Shown here: positions 10,638 to 21,860 of the stretch, in pieces
Layout: every line of letters starts with the position of its first letter
How positions within the stretch are numbered: the stretch's first letter is position 1
The notes under the pieces: generated by a model
Told to the model about the DNA's origin: nothing
What the model saw: the letters and a program-made list of their open reading frames with translations, nothing else
Databases searched by the model: none
From: Macrostomum lignano
Lineage: Eukaryota
DNA: 64,000 nt
NCBI GenBank assembly: GCA_002269645.1
Contig: NIVC01000195.1
Location: 124,001 to 188,000 of the forward strand
Direction: 5' to 3'
Made by a program: the position numbers and the translations under genes

Positions 10638-11442
10638 AAAACTGAGCACCTGGGAGGGCGGCGACTGCAAACTGAGGATCTGGGAGGGCGGCGACTGCAA
10701 ACTGAGGATCTGGGAGGGCGGCGACTGCAAACTGAGGATCTGGGAGGGCGGCGGCGACTTACAAACTGAGGATCTGGGAGGGCGGCGACTGCAAACTGAG
10801 GATCTGGGAGGGCGGCGACTGCAAACTGAGGATCTGGGAGGGCGGCGACTTACAAACTGAGGATCTGGGAGGGCGGCGACTGCAAACTGAGGATCTGAGA
10901 GGGCGGCGGCGACTTACAAACTGAGGATCTGGGAGGGCGGCGACTGCAAACTGAGGATCTGGGAGGGCGGCGGCGACTTACAAACTGAGGATCTGGGAGG
11001 GCGGCGACTGCAAACTGAGGATCTGGGAGGGCGGCGGCGACTTACAAACTGAGGATCTGGGAGGGCGGCGACTGCAAACTGAGGATCTGGGAGGGCGGCG
11101 ACTGCAAACTGAGGATCTGGGAGGGCGGCGACTTACAAACTGAGGATCTGGGAGGGCGGCGACTGCAAACTGAGGATCTGGGAGGGCGGCGACTGCAAAC
11201 TGAGGATCTGGGAGGGCGGCGACTGCAAACTGAGGATCTGGGAGGGCGGCGACTGCAAACTGAGGATCTGGGAGGGCGGCGACTTACAAACTGAGGATCT
11301 GGGAGGGCGGCGACTTACAAACTGAGGATCTGGGAGGGCGGCGACTTACAAACTGAGGATCTGGGAGGGCGGCGACTGCAAACTGAGGATCTGGGAGGGC
11401 GGCGACTGCAAACTGAGGATCTGGGAGGGCGGCGACTGCATT
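10638..11442. repeat. 30-bp minisatellite (33-34-bp variants), ~26 copies
   Basis: Unit AAACTGAGGATCTGGGAGGGCGGCGACTGC, lying between exons 2a and 2b. Confidence 0.95.
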
Positions 11443-11520
11443 AAACTGAGACATGAATTCCCCAGATCTGATGACAGAACAAAATCGTTCAAGCGCAAGC
11501 AGGCAGCCGTGAGGACTCAC

Positions 11521-11664
11521 ACAAAGCAGTGCTCATGCCAGGCCTCGCCGCCGGCCCGGAACACCCGATCGGCGCGGCCGAACGTCTCGCCGCAGCGCTG
11601 GCAGGCCGAGGACTCGCCGACACCGACGTTGGCCGCGCCGGCCGGGCCGCTCAGCTGCATGCGG
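11521..11664 (-). CDS. LIMS1: PINCH/LIMS alternative exon 2a (first Zn finger of LIM1)
   Basis: 144 nt, phase 2-2, encodes RMQLSGPAGAANVGVGESSACQRCGETFGRADRVFRAGGEAWHEHCF(V). TTTGACAG acceptor, GTGAGT donor. Confidence 0.88.
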
Positions 11665-11761
11665 CTGTCAAAGGAGAAAAAAGAGAGTGCAAATTTCTGC
11701 TTCTAAAAGATAAGAAACACAATTCGAGCCAGGAGTCACAGCAGTTGATTCCCAAGCTCAC

Positions 11762-11892
11762 TCGAATCCGCCCTGCACCATGTCCAGCTCAGTCTGGTAG
11801 TGGTCAAGGCTGTTATTGCTGCCGTCCAGGTGCCTCCCAGCGGCGCCATCAAAATTGACAGGCAGGTGTCCGGAATTGTAAGTGGCAGCCAT
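11762..11892 (-). CDS. LIMS1: PINCH/LIMS first coding exon (MAATYNSGHLP...DMVQGGF)
   Basis: ATG 3 nt after a TTCTGTTGCAG acceptor. Open frame to a phase-2 GTGAGC donor compatible with both 2a and 2b. Full protein 378 aa (2a) or 365 aa (2b). No homology support for this exon itself. Confidence 0.7.
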
Positions 11893-12527
11893 TGCCTGCA
11901 ACAGAACAGCATTTCAAATCTATTAACATTCAAAATATACTTTATAATCTGTAATCCTATTAGAAAAATTACAAGCTTAGAGAATTAGCAATAATTATGT
12001 AATATACTATTTTTTCCACTAGGAATTTAGGACAAATAAAATAAACAATGCTATAGTCATGATTTAATACCATACCACTAACCTGGCACCTTAAGGTGGC
12101 ATAGCCTGCTTGTGTCTAAGCCATGAGGTGCGCCCTGTGATATTGCTGTTATGTTTGCAAATAAGGCCTTATTTTACATTGTGCACTGCAATAAATATTT
12201 AATGCACTTGGGATTGCTGCATAAGACAGACATTTAACAATCCTAAAAATTTATAATATATCATAATATTTATATGCCTATATTTATCAATAAAACTATC
12301 TTATTAAGGGATTCTTATTGAAAATGTTTGCAGCACTACAGCAAAGCATTGCAGACAAACAAATTTCAAAAACATGGGTAAGTTTTGCTATGCACCTTTT
12401 CAAACAAAACTCAAGTTGCCAGCCTTCTAGAATGTCAATATATTAATTAGTTCTGTCAGGACATTTGATTTTCCCAACCTATTAATGGAGACAATAATGT
12501 CTAGATGATGACCAAATACTTTAGAGA

Positions 12528-12879
12528 TGTAGCGACTTTCTTCATTTGTTCCACCTTCTCGCGTATGTTTGTATGTCTTAATTCTGATTGGCTGCCTCTC
12601 TGTGCTTATCTCTATCTCTGCCTTCTCTGCCTTCTGGTCGCACCTTGTACCCACTCCCCATTGCACGCTTATTTGTTCTTCGTTATCATTTTTCTACCCC
12701 CTCACGCTCTCGTGCTCTAATCATTCACCCCCGTCTCTTATCGTGAATGCAACCCCACCCCCCCCCCTAATTTAGGCAATGTCTTATAAATATATGAATT
12801 TTGGGCCCTGCGCCCTCACCTGCTGGTTTGTGTAGTTCAATTCCAAGAAGTCTGTCTGTGTTTACTGATATTAATTACA
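12528..12879 (+). repeat. 5' LTR (352 bp)
   Basis: Direct repeat of 17261-17615. Confidence 0.95.
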
Positions 12880-12944
12880 TGGCGCCCGAACAAACAAACC
12901 CTATCAGCTATAGATAGTTTTTTGCCCTAATGCGTGCGTCTCGC

Positions 12945-13138
12945 CTGCCGGCCTCGTTCTCCTCGTCTCGTTTGCCGGCCTCGTTCTCCTCGTCTCGTTT
13001 GCCGGCCTCGTTCTCCTCGTCTCGTTTGCCGGCCTCGTTCTCCTCGTCTCGTTTGCCGGCCTCGTTCTCCTCGTCTCGTTTGCCGGCCTCGTTCTCCTCG
13101 TCTCGTTTGCCGGCCTCGTTCTCCTCGTCTCGTTTGCC
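12945..13138. repeat. 27-bp tandem repeat (~7 copies) in the retroelement leader
   Basis: Unit GCCGGCCTCGTTCTCCTCGTCTCGTTT. Confidence 0.95.
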
Positions 13139-13141
13139 ATT

Positions 13142-16100
13142 TCTTCGAAGCTAGGGTTTCTTCTGTGTGGTCCATTGGCTGCCGCCGAGTCAGTGAAAGA
13201 TCAACAGACCGTTTCCGCCGATCAAGTTGAATGTAGCGCTGCCCAGACCTTGTGCTGTAGTGCTCCCGTAGACGATCTCTCCTCTTTTTGGCGGCTTGAA
13301 GCATTGGGAATCTGTGAACGTCAGGAAGACGCTGCAGAAAGTTCCTTTAACTGTCACCCGGAGCTAGAGAACGGTAGATATACCGTAAAATTGCCGTGGA
13401 AATATCCAGAAGGCTCCGTGCCGTTGAGAGACCACTTTGATATGGCGTATAAGAGACTGAGTACCACACTCCGTGCACTGCGAAAGGAACCTGAGACTCT
13501 AATGAAGTACAGTGAAATCATCTCAGAACAGGAAGCATCTGGCATAATTGAAAAAGTGCCTGAGGAGGATTTAGGCAATAAGAACTGCCACTATCTACCC
13601 CATCACCATGTCACCAAGGCCGACAGTGAGTTCACACGGTTACGCATTGTCTTTGATGGATCGGCCAAAAGTCGGGGTGGAGACGTCTCTATTAATAATC
13701 TACTTCACGTCGGTCCAACTGATGTTCCGCTGATACCAGAAATTCTGATGCGGTTCCGTATCAATCCTATTGCTGTCACAGGTGACATCGAGAAGGCCTT
13801 TCTGCAGATAGCCATTGAAACTCAGGACAGAGATTACTTACGATTTTTGTGGACTCTCCCGAGCGAGCCAAACAACGTTTTTCACTACCGATTCTGTCGG
13901 TTACCGTTCGGTCTCACGTGCTCTCCTGGTATCTTGCGAGCTACGGTAGTTCAACACCTTGATTTTCACCAGCAGACCTTTCCAACGACCGTCAATGTCA
14001 TTCGCCGAGACCTATACGTCGACAATTTAGTTACTAGCTGTAAATCTCTAACGGAAGCCCTCCAGCTGTATCAGGATACTAAAGTGATATTCAAGTCCGC
14101 AGGCATGAATATGCGACAGTGGAAGTCCAATTTGGATTCGTTTAATAGGTCGGTGCCCGGTCAGGATGTCGGTCACGCTGAGAGAGTTCTAGGGCTCCGC
14201 TGGGACTCTATTCAGGATGTCTTCCTCATTCACTTCCAGGATCTGGTTGACAAGGCTATTGCCTCGCCTTCCTCTAAGCGGTTGATGTTAGGAGTGCTTG
14301 CCTCGGTGTACGATCCATTGGGCGTTCTATCGCCTGCTTTGACCGTTGTCAAGGTGCTGTTGCAAAAGCTGTGCGTTCGAAAGTATGGTTGGGACGACGA
14401 ACTACCACCAGACATCGCCGAGATTTGGAACCAGTGGTTGCAGTCATTGATGCACTCGCAGTTTGTAATTCCTCGTTATTTATTCGCCACTCTCGAGTCA
14501 GTGCCGACAAAATTGGAGCTGCATGGATTCTGTGACGCCAGTTCATCAGCGTATGCCGCCTGTGTGTATATCAAGGCTTATTCGGACACAGGCAAGATTA
14601 CGACGCAGCTAATTCAGGCAAAAACGCGCGTAGCACCGCTTTCGAATCTTAGTATCGCCCGACTGGAATTGTTGGGAGCTCTCATTTTGGCGCGTCTGAT
14701 GCGAATGGTTTCGTCTCAGTTTCCGAAGGTTCCTCGTTATCTCTGGACAGATAGCAGGACGACTCTCTTGTGGATTACGAACACAGAAAAACTTCGACCG
14801 GTTTTCGTCCAGAATCGCATCAAAGAGATTCGACTTCTAACTTCGACATCTGAATGGCGACATGTTCCGGGGGAGTTGAATCCTGCCGACCTGCCGTCTC
14901 GCGGCTGTCTGCCGGAACAGCTGCAGAATAATGCTGTGTGGTTAAGCGGTCCCAACTTCCTTCACACTTCCTTCTACCAGCCTTCGCCTGACGATCTGCA
15001 GTTAAGCGTTGCTGCTGAGGACTTCATTACAGGAGTAGTGTCACAAAGTGATGACCAGAGCGAAGGAGCACATAGTACACTGCACGTCTCTTCCGTCGTT
15101 GACATAAGTAGATTTTCACGTTATTCCCGTTTAGTACGCGTCCTAGCTTGGATAAGGAGATTTGTCAGCAACCTTAAAAGTAGTCTAGTCGGTCAGACGA
15201 CTAACAGAGCAGTAGCACTGACAGCACACGAGCTCAATACTGCAGAAGAGCTTTTGTTGATGTCAGTTCAACGACAAGAACTTTCAAAAGAAATTTGTCA
15301 CATTCAGAATGGTTCGGCGGCCACACCACTAAATAGAGATTTGAATCTTTGGCTGGACGAAGTTGGTCTGTTGCGTTCGCGCGGTCGGATTTCGGTGATG
15401 TCCTTCGATGTAAACAATCCGATCTTAGTACCTCGACACAGTCCGTTAGAGCAGCTCATAATTCGAAACGCTCATCAGGCAGTTGCTCACGAGGGAGTCG
15501 CGTCGACGCTATGTAAGGTCCGTGAAAAGTACTGGATCGTGAAAGGCCGTCAGCGAACAAAGCAGGAATTGTCGAAGTGCGTAGTGTGTAAAAAGATTCA
15601 AGGACGCTCCTACACAGTACCTCAGATTTCTCAGTTACCGGACTTTCGTCTTGCCGATATTCGACCTTTTCAATCCGTCGGCATTGATTATTGTGGTCCG
15701 ATGTTCTATCGGACGGGGGAGGATGGTAGTGAAACGGGAAAAGCGTATGTACTACTGTTCACGTGCTCCTCCACTCGCGCAATTCATCTAGAACTACTTT
15801 CTGATATGACTACAGCTCAGTTCTTGAACGGCTTACGACGATTTGTCAGTCGGAGAGGAATACCTTCCATTATCAGTGATAACGCAAAGACCGCTGCACC
15901 AGTAACGAGCTGGAAAGTACTGGATCGTGAAAGGCCGTCAGCGAACAAAGCAGGAATTGTCGAAGTGCGTAGTGTGTAAAAAGATTCAAGGACGCTCCTA
16001 CACAGTACCTCAGATTTCTCAGTTACCGGACTTTCGTCTTGCCGATATTCGACCTTTTCAATCCGTCGGCATTGATTATTGTGGTCCGATGTTCTATCGG

Positions 16101-17002
16101 ACGGGGGAGGATGGTAGTGAAACGGGAAAAGCGTATGTACTACTGTTCACGTGCTCCTCCACTCGCGCAATTCATCTAGAACTACTTTCTGATATGACTA
16201 CAGCTCAGTTCTTGAACGGCTTACGACGATTTGTCAGTCGGAGAGGAATACCTTCCATTATCAGTGATAACGCAAAGATAACGCAAAGTAACGCCAGTAA
16301 ACACCAGTAACGAGCATAGGAGCAAGCACCAGTTACGAAGTTCAGTCGTTCTGTGCTAACAAGAGAATATTGTGGGCGTTCATTCCTGAAAAGGCTCCCT
16401 GGTGGGGAGGATTCTGGGAAAGGCTCGTCTGTATGGTAAAAGACGGCCTTCGAAAGAGCATTGGCAAAGCTTTACTAACATTTGATGAACTATCCACTTC
16501 GGTTATCGAAGTCGAATCCATTGTAAACAGCAGACCACTGGTCTACGTATCGGCAGATGAGATCAACGACGTGTTGACACCAGCTCACTTTCTGATTGGA
16601 ACTCGGTTGACGCAAGAGCCGCTTAGATCCGAATATTCGAATAATGTTGAACACTTTCTACCATTGCCGGTTCGTCTGAAGCATTTGAGAAGAGCGTTGA
16701 ACGTCTTTTGGGATGTTTGGAAAGCGTCGTACGTCACGGCCCTTCGTGAAAAGGCGTTTCATTCGCAGAAGGGAGGAACAGTTGCAAAGGTCGGAGACGT
16801 CGTTCTGATCCACGGAGAGCCTCATCAGCCGAGAATGCAGTGGAAGATGGGCGTTGTGGAGTCTGTCGTAGTTGGTCGTGATGGTGCTGTTCGGTCGGCC
16901 GTGGTCCGAGTGTCGAAGGAGAGGGGCTCTCGAGGAGCCGAGCGCGTCAGACGGCCAGTTCAGGCTCTCATCCCTCTGGAATTCACTGTCTCTTCTATCT
17001 GA
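13142..17002 (+). pseudogene. Disrupted Pao pol (RT, RNase H, integrase)
   Basis: SKLGFLLCGP, FWRLEALGI, YLPHH, RIVFDGS, DIEKAFLQI, YVDN, LHGFCDAS, NPADLPSRG, HHCC, GIDYCGP, APWWGGFWERL. No upstream ATG, gag or protease. A 388-bp duplication breaks the integrase (ORFs 13175-15979, 15927-16310, 16370-17002). Confidence 0.92.
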
Positions 17003-17260
17003 GCTCGATGTCTTTGCTTCTCTTGGTTTACACTTTCTTATTTGCCTTGATTGAATCTAACGTGTTTTTTTTGTCGATCATTTTGCCACCAATTATTCAT
17101 GGAATTCTTCGTTATCGTTTCGTTTCGTTGCGTTTTTTGTTGTTGTTTTTTGTTGTTTTGCTAATCTCGCAAAGCTTCCTTTTTGGTTGTTTCTGACACT
17201 CTTTTTGCTTTTTTTGCTTTCCGACAGAAATGACAATGAGGTCTTTGTCATTTGGGGGAG

Positions 17261-17615
17261 TGTAGCGACTTTCTTCATTTGTTCCACCTTCTCGCGTATG
17301 TTTGTATGTCTTAATTCTGATTGGCTGCCTCTCTGTGCTTATCTCTATCTCTGCCTTCTCTGCCTTCTGGTCGCACCTTGTACCCACTCCCCATTGCACG
17401 CTTATTTGTTCTTCGTTATCATTTTTCTACCCCCTCACGCTCTCGTGCTCTAATCATTCACCCCCGTCTCTTATCGTGAATGCAACCCCCCCCCCCCCCC
17501 CTAATTTAGGCAATGTCTTATAAATATATGAATTTTGGGCCCTGCGCCCTCACCTGCTGGTTTGTGTAGTTCAATTCCAATAAAAGTCTGTCTGTGTTTA
17601 CTGATATTAATTACA
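17261..17615 (+). repeat. 3' LTR (355 bp)
   Basis: Direct repeat of 12528-12879, with AATAAA at 17579-17584. Confidence 0.95.
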
Positions 17616-19080
17616 AGAGACTAGTAGCAGGTGCAGTTGAGGCCTGCAAACTATCAAGGCTTGATTAGACATTATGAGCTATTACATTATGAGCTAGAAA
17701 AAAACACTCAAACTAATACTAGAATAGTTTTTAATGTCAAGATATCTAGGCTAACTAGCTAAGCTAAAACCAGATACACTGAAAACCAAGATGCTCTGAC
17801 TCAAGTCCCTAATTCCCTATGTACTACATATAGCTCTATTCTACTGAATTTTATCCCAATTTATATCAACTATCAGATAATTTAATTTGCTATAGTTTTG
17901 GTAAGTTGGCATTAATCTCAGAAGAACAGGGGATTAGAGATCAAAATCTAGGATCAAGTTAGGATACTATAGCATTTGTATACTATAAAAACTTAAGTTT
18001 AGGCTAATGTCTGATATGATAAAAAGTTATATCATAAATCTGACCTTTACAAAAATTTTTGCATAAAATTTTGGTACATAAAGGCTATTACTAGACTTTG
18101 AAATATATACCCTACTGTCCTATAATAGATACTTTATTTATTAAGCTATATCCTAAATTGTATTTTATAAAATTTTTAATTGTAAATGAATACAGATTTT
18201 GGAACTATTTAACAATTAGCTTTAATCACCTAAACAAACATTAGGGGTCAAACAAGATCTTAACTTTGCAATGTATATAAGATTTTGACTTTTTATTTAA
18301 TCAAATCTTAACTTTAATTTTCAACAATGCCAAAAACATTTTAGATTGAGTATTAGTATACACTAGGTCTAGTAAGGGAAAAATATAGGACCTTCTTTGT
18401 ACACTAGAATAAAAAAATGTTTTCACTATATATATACCAAAGGTTGTACACTTTTAAGGTACATCTTTTTTGTTTTGCTCTGTTTGAAATGAATTCATTA
18501 ATCATTATTCATTATTCATGCAAAGTAATAAACTTTTAGGGCACAAAGGTTAAAATTGTTTTTAATTATTTTTGTTCTATGTTAACAATGTTAAATATAG
18601 TAGCATATTATATATAAAGTCATACTAATTTTTTGTAGATCCTAATAATAGATATATGCCAAAATTTTCCAATGCTATATACACTAGAAAATCCCAATAT
18701 ATATGTTGCCTTCCAAACTATGATGCCAAGGTAGGAGCTAGTTTTTTGTCAAAATCATTATGCCATTTTCAATTTTGACATGCCATTGGCATAAAGGATA
18801 GTAGATAAACATAATGGAAATGCAAGATAGAATTTGCCAATTACAATTACAAAAGCAAAATTTCTATCAATGCATGATGAAATGCTATTTGCCATTGATC
18901 ATAAAGTGCAAGTTGAAAGTCATGTAACTATCACTATAAACAAGATAATATTTGAACAAACTTAAAAGTAAAACTGAAATTTGGAATTGGAGATTCAGCA
19001 TTGGCAATTGGGCAAGGCAATGCTTATCCCATAGTACTATAAGACTCATACATGCCCCAAAAAATACCCAAGTAGTAGTA

Positions 19081-19143
19081 CTAAGTAGCTGACGAGGCAT
19101 TTTGACTTAATAAGACAGTTATAGTTACTCTTGCCGTTTACCC
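19081..19143 (-). pseudogene. 63-bp degenerate 28S rRNA fragment spanning the R2 target site
   Basis: Reverse complement matches the remembered conserved 28S sequence GGGTAAACGGCGGGAGTAACTATGACTCTCTTAAGGTAGCCAAATGCCTCGTCATCTAATTAG at 50/63 positions, ungapped. Confidence 0.75.
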
Positions 19144-19911
19144 AAAGTTGTGTTTATTTTGCTTTAAGGATTTTTTATATGCAAGTCGCATTTTTGGCCA
19201 AAAGCTACGTTGTATTTTTGTTAAAAACTAAATTGCATGGCCAACCGAATTTTGGAGGTTGCGCATGTATGATAAGACTTATTTCTATTTTATTCTAGTG
19301 GTATCTTACAAATAATTTTCTGTTTATCTACATGACACACTGGTAAGATGGTTGCCCTATATTCTATATATGCTGTATATATATAGTTTATTGCTTATTG
19401 TAAAGGAACTTGAAGATATTAAGAAGTTGTTGATATATAAACTTGAATCAATTCTAGATTATTATTATGCATGTGTACATGCATGTTATTCTGCTTTAAT
19501 GATATTCTGTATACCTATTTAACCATAGGCATATTCCTTCCAACTTACATATAGCTCAACAGTTTAAAAGTAGAAATGAAATGAAAAGAATAAGATTTAT
19601 TAAGTTACCTAAAGTGATTTTTGAAAAGGAAAAATGGATTGTTTTTCATGCAAGCATATGTACAAAACTACTAAGTATAACAATCATCAAGATTTTAGGA
19701 TTGGGATTAGAAACTTTGCTAATAAATTTAAATTCTAAACATATAATAAAGTAATTTACTTGGAAGTTTTTTGCTTAATTAAAAATGCCATTATTAAATT
19801 TTTACTTCTTAAATTAAAACCAAATGTTAAAGCAAAATTGTCATTATATTGCATTCTAACTATAAGGAACAAACTGAAAATTATTCCTATGGCATATGTT
19901 AAAGATATAGG

Positions 19912-21860
19912 TAGGGACTTCAGTGAGATCGGATATATGTGCGATTTTTTTTAGAATATGCTAAAATGTTGCAATTTCAAATTTAAAATACTCTGAAACT
20001 ATAGTGAATTAAAGAAAAGTGAAATATACTCTGTAATCTAGAAGAAAATTGCAATAGAATATAGTATTACTTGACCCAAAAAACTTCATTAATTCGGTAT
20101 AGTTTACTATGAAAGTGAATCACTCTCGTGCCGAAAAAAAATTTTGTGACCTTTTTTACGGAAAAAAGGTATAATCGTAAAGTCTAAAGTTTGTATTAAA
20201 AACAATGTTTTAAACAAAGTATCTTTGCAGAAACATAAAGGTAGATAAAAATACTACAATATTTTGATTTTTTCAGTAAGAAAAAAATTTTCTACATCAT
20301 AATTTAATGTACTTAAAATATTTTTTTTATTTTTTTTACGATTTCCAATAGAGAAGAAGACAAAATGATTTCTATTTTGTGTTCTGCATGCAAAAATATG
20401 TATAAAGAGCAAAAATTTTCGGAAGAAATCTCTGTCGCTCATGGAGTTCTCATTTCTATCCCAATGTATTAGTTTTGCCATTTAAGATATGAAAAATTAA
20501 AATATTTTCTTAAATTTAAAACGAGAAAGCTTTTTGAAGCTATTTTTCTATACTAAATGGCAAGACAAATCAAATAGAAAAGGTCTCAAAATCCAAGATG
20601 TTGTCGCTCTTGATGAAATTTGGGCTCAAATTAGGTAAATACTACAGGTATAAGGCAGGAGCAACAATGTATTATATTTATAGTGTAAAATGCATCGTCA
20701 TATAATCAATCGTTTAATTTAGAATTGAAGGCAAAGATATAGAAATTTAAGGCTTAAACAACAATTTGTAATTTAAATGAGTAGGTAGCAATTGATAATT
20801 AAAGTAACTAACAAAGAAGTAACAATTCTCTCATGCAGTGGTATATCCAAATGGGGATAGAGAATTCTCAAGGCTCTGACACTTCAGTGGCTATATGGTA
20901 CTCTACTATCTTAATTACTAGCTCATGCTATTTGGCAGCCTAGCTGCCCCACTTGTCTGGCTATTAGCTAGTCTATAATACAAACATACCAAATTTGGCT
21001 AGTCTACATTGATATCCCAATTTTCTGCATTACTGTGTAGGAACACAACAGATACACACCCCTGTGGCGCTGAAATGCCCCCAGAATCTCAGCTGTGGCA
21101 CTAAAAAGTAGTGACTATAAAAATCTTAAAAATCATCCTCCTCATCTTCATCCTCATCTGTGCTTCCAGAATTCTCTGCAGGTGTCGATAGGACATACAA
21201 GTCTTTTCTCATGTAATCGACATAGAGATTATACTTGTATTCCTTGCCTGGGTAGTCGTCTAAGGCAAATGTTTAAACTACTGGCTTTTAAAAAAGGTTA
21301 CTGTTAAAAAACCTAATCATCCTAAGCCTAACTTTGCCTAAAACTTAATAACTATACTATACTTATGCAGCTATATATGTTTTCTACAATTTAAGATCAT
21401 TTAAGTCAGTTTAAGAGCAGTATATGCTGAGATATTAAGCTTAAAAAATAAAAAACATGCATGCATTTTGCTAGTTTCTAACATATGGTCCCACCTTTGG
21501 AGCTAGAATAGGGCCTACTATATAAGGCATTTTTTTTCTTATGAATGTATATTATATTTTAAAAGCTGAATAAAAAATCTAAAAAATGACACCAAACCCA
21601 ACAATTAGCATTTTAAATAAAAAAAGTTATTTGCAAAAAAGTAAAAAATCCTTAACTTTTATTTACAAAAGGTCACATTCCGTAATACATTTTGTCCATT
21701 TGAAAAAACAGAATTTTTTTACGAAAATGTTAATAACTTTTTTATTACTGAACCAAAATTAAAAAGTAGAGCCATTTTGTGATCCTGTTATTGTTCTCTA
21801 TCAAATCAAAATCTAAAAAATAAAAAAAAATTAACTTTCAAAATCTCACTGAAGTCCCTA
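19912..21860. mobile_element. Non-autonomous TIR element, 1949 bp (hAT-like termini)
   Basis: Perfect 18-bp TIR TAGGGACTTCAGTGAGAT (19912-19929; 21843-21860). Direct repeat ATATAGG at 19905-19911 and 21861-21867. No long ORF. Confidence 0.8.

Larger units (their letters stand above)
12528..17615 (+). mobile_element. BEL/Pao LTR retrotransposon, gag/protease-deleted, recent
   Basis: TG...CA LTRs at 12528-12879 and 17261-17615, nearly identical. 5-bp TSD AGAGA (12523-12527, 17616-17620). PBS TGGCGCCCGAACA (12880-12892, tRNA-Lys-like). PPT GGGGGAG before the 3' LTR. Pol order RT-RH-IN. Confidence 0.95.
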
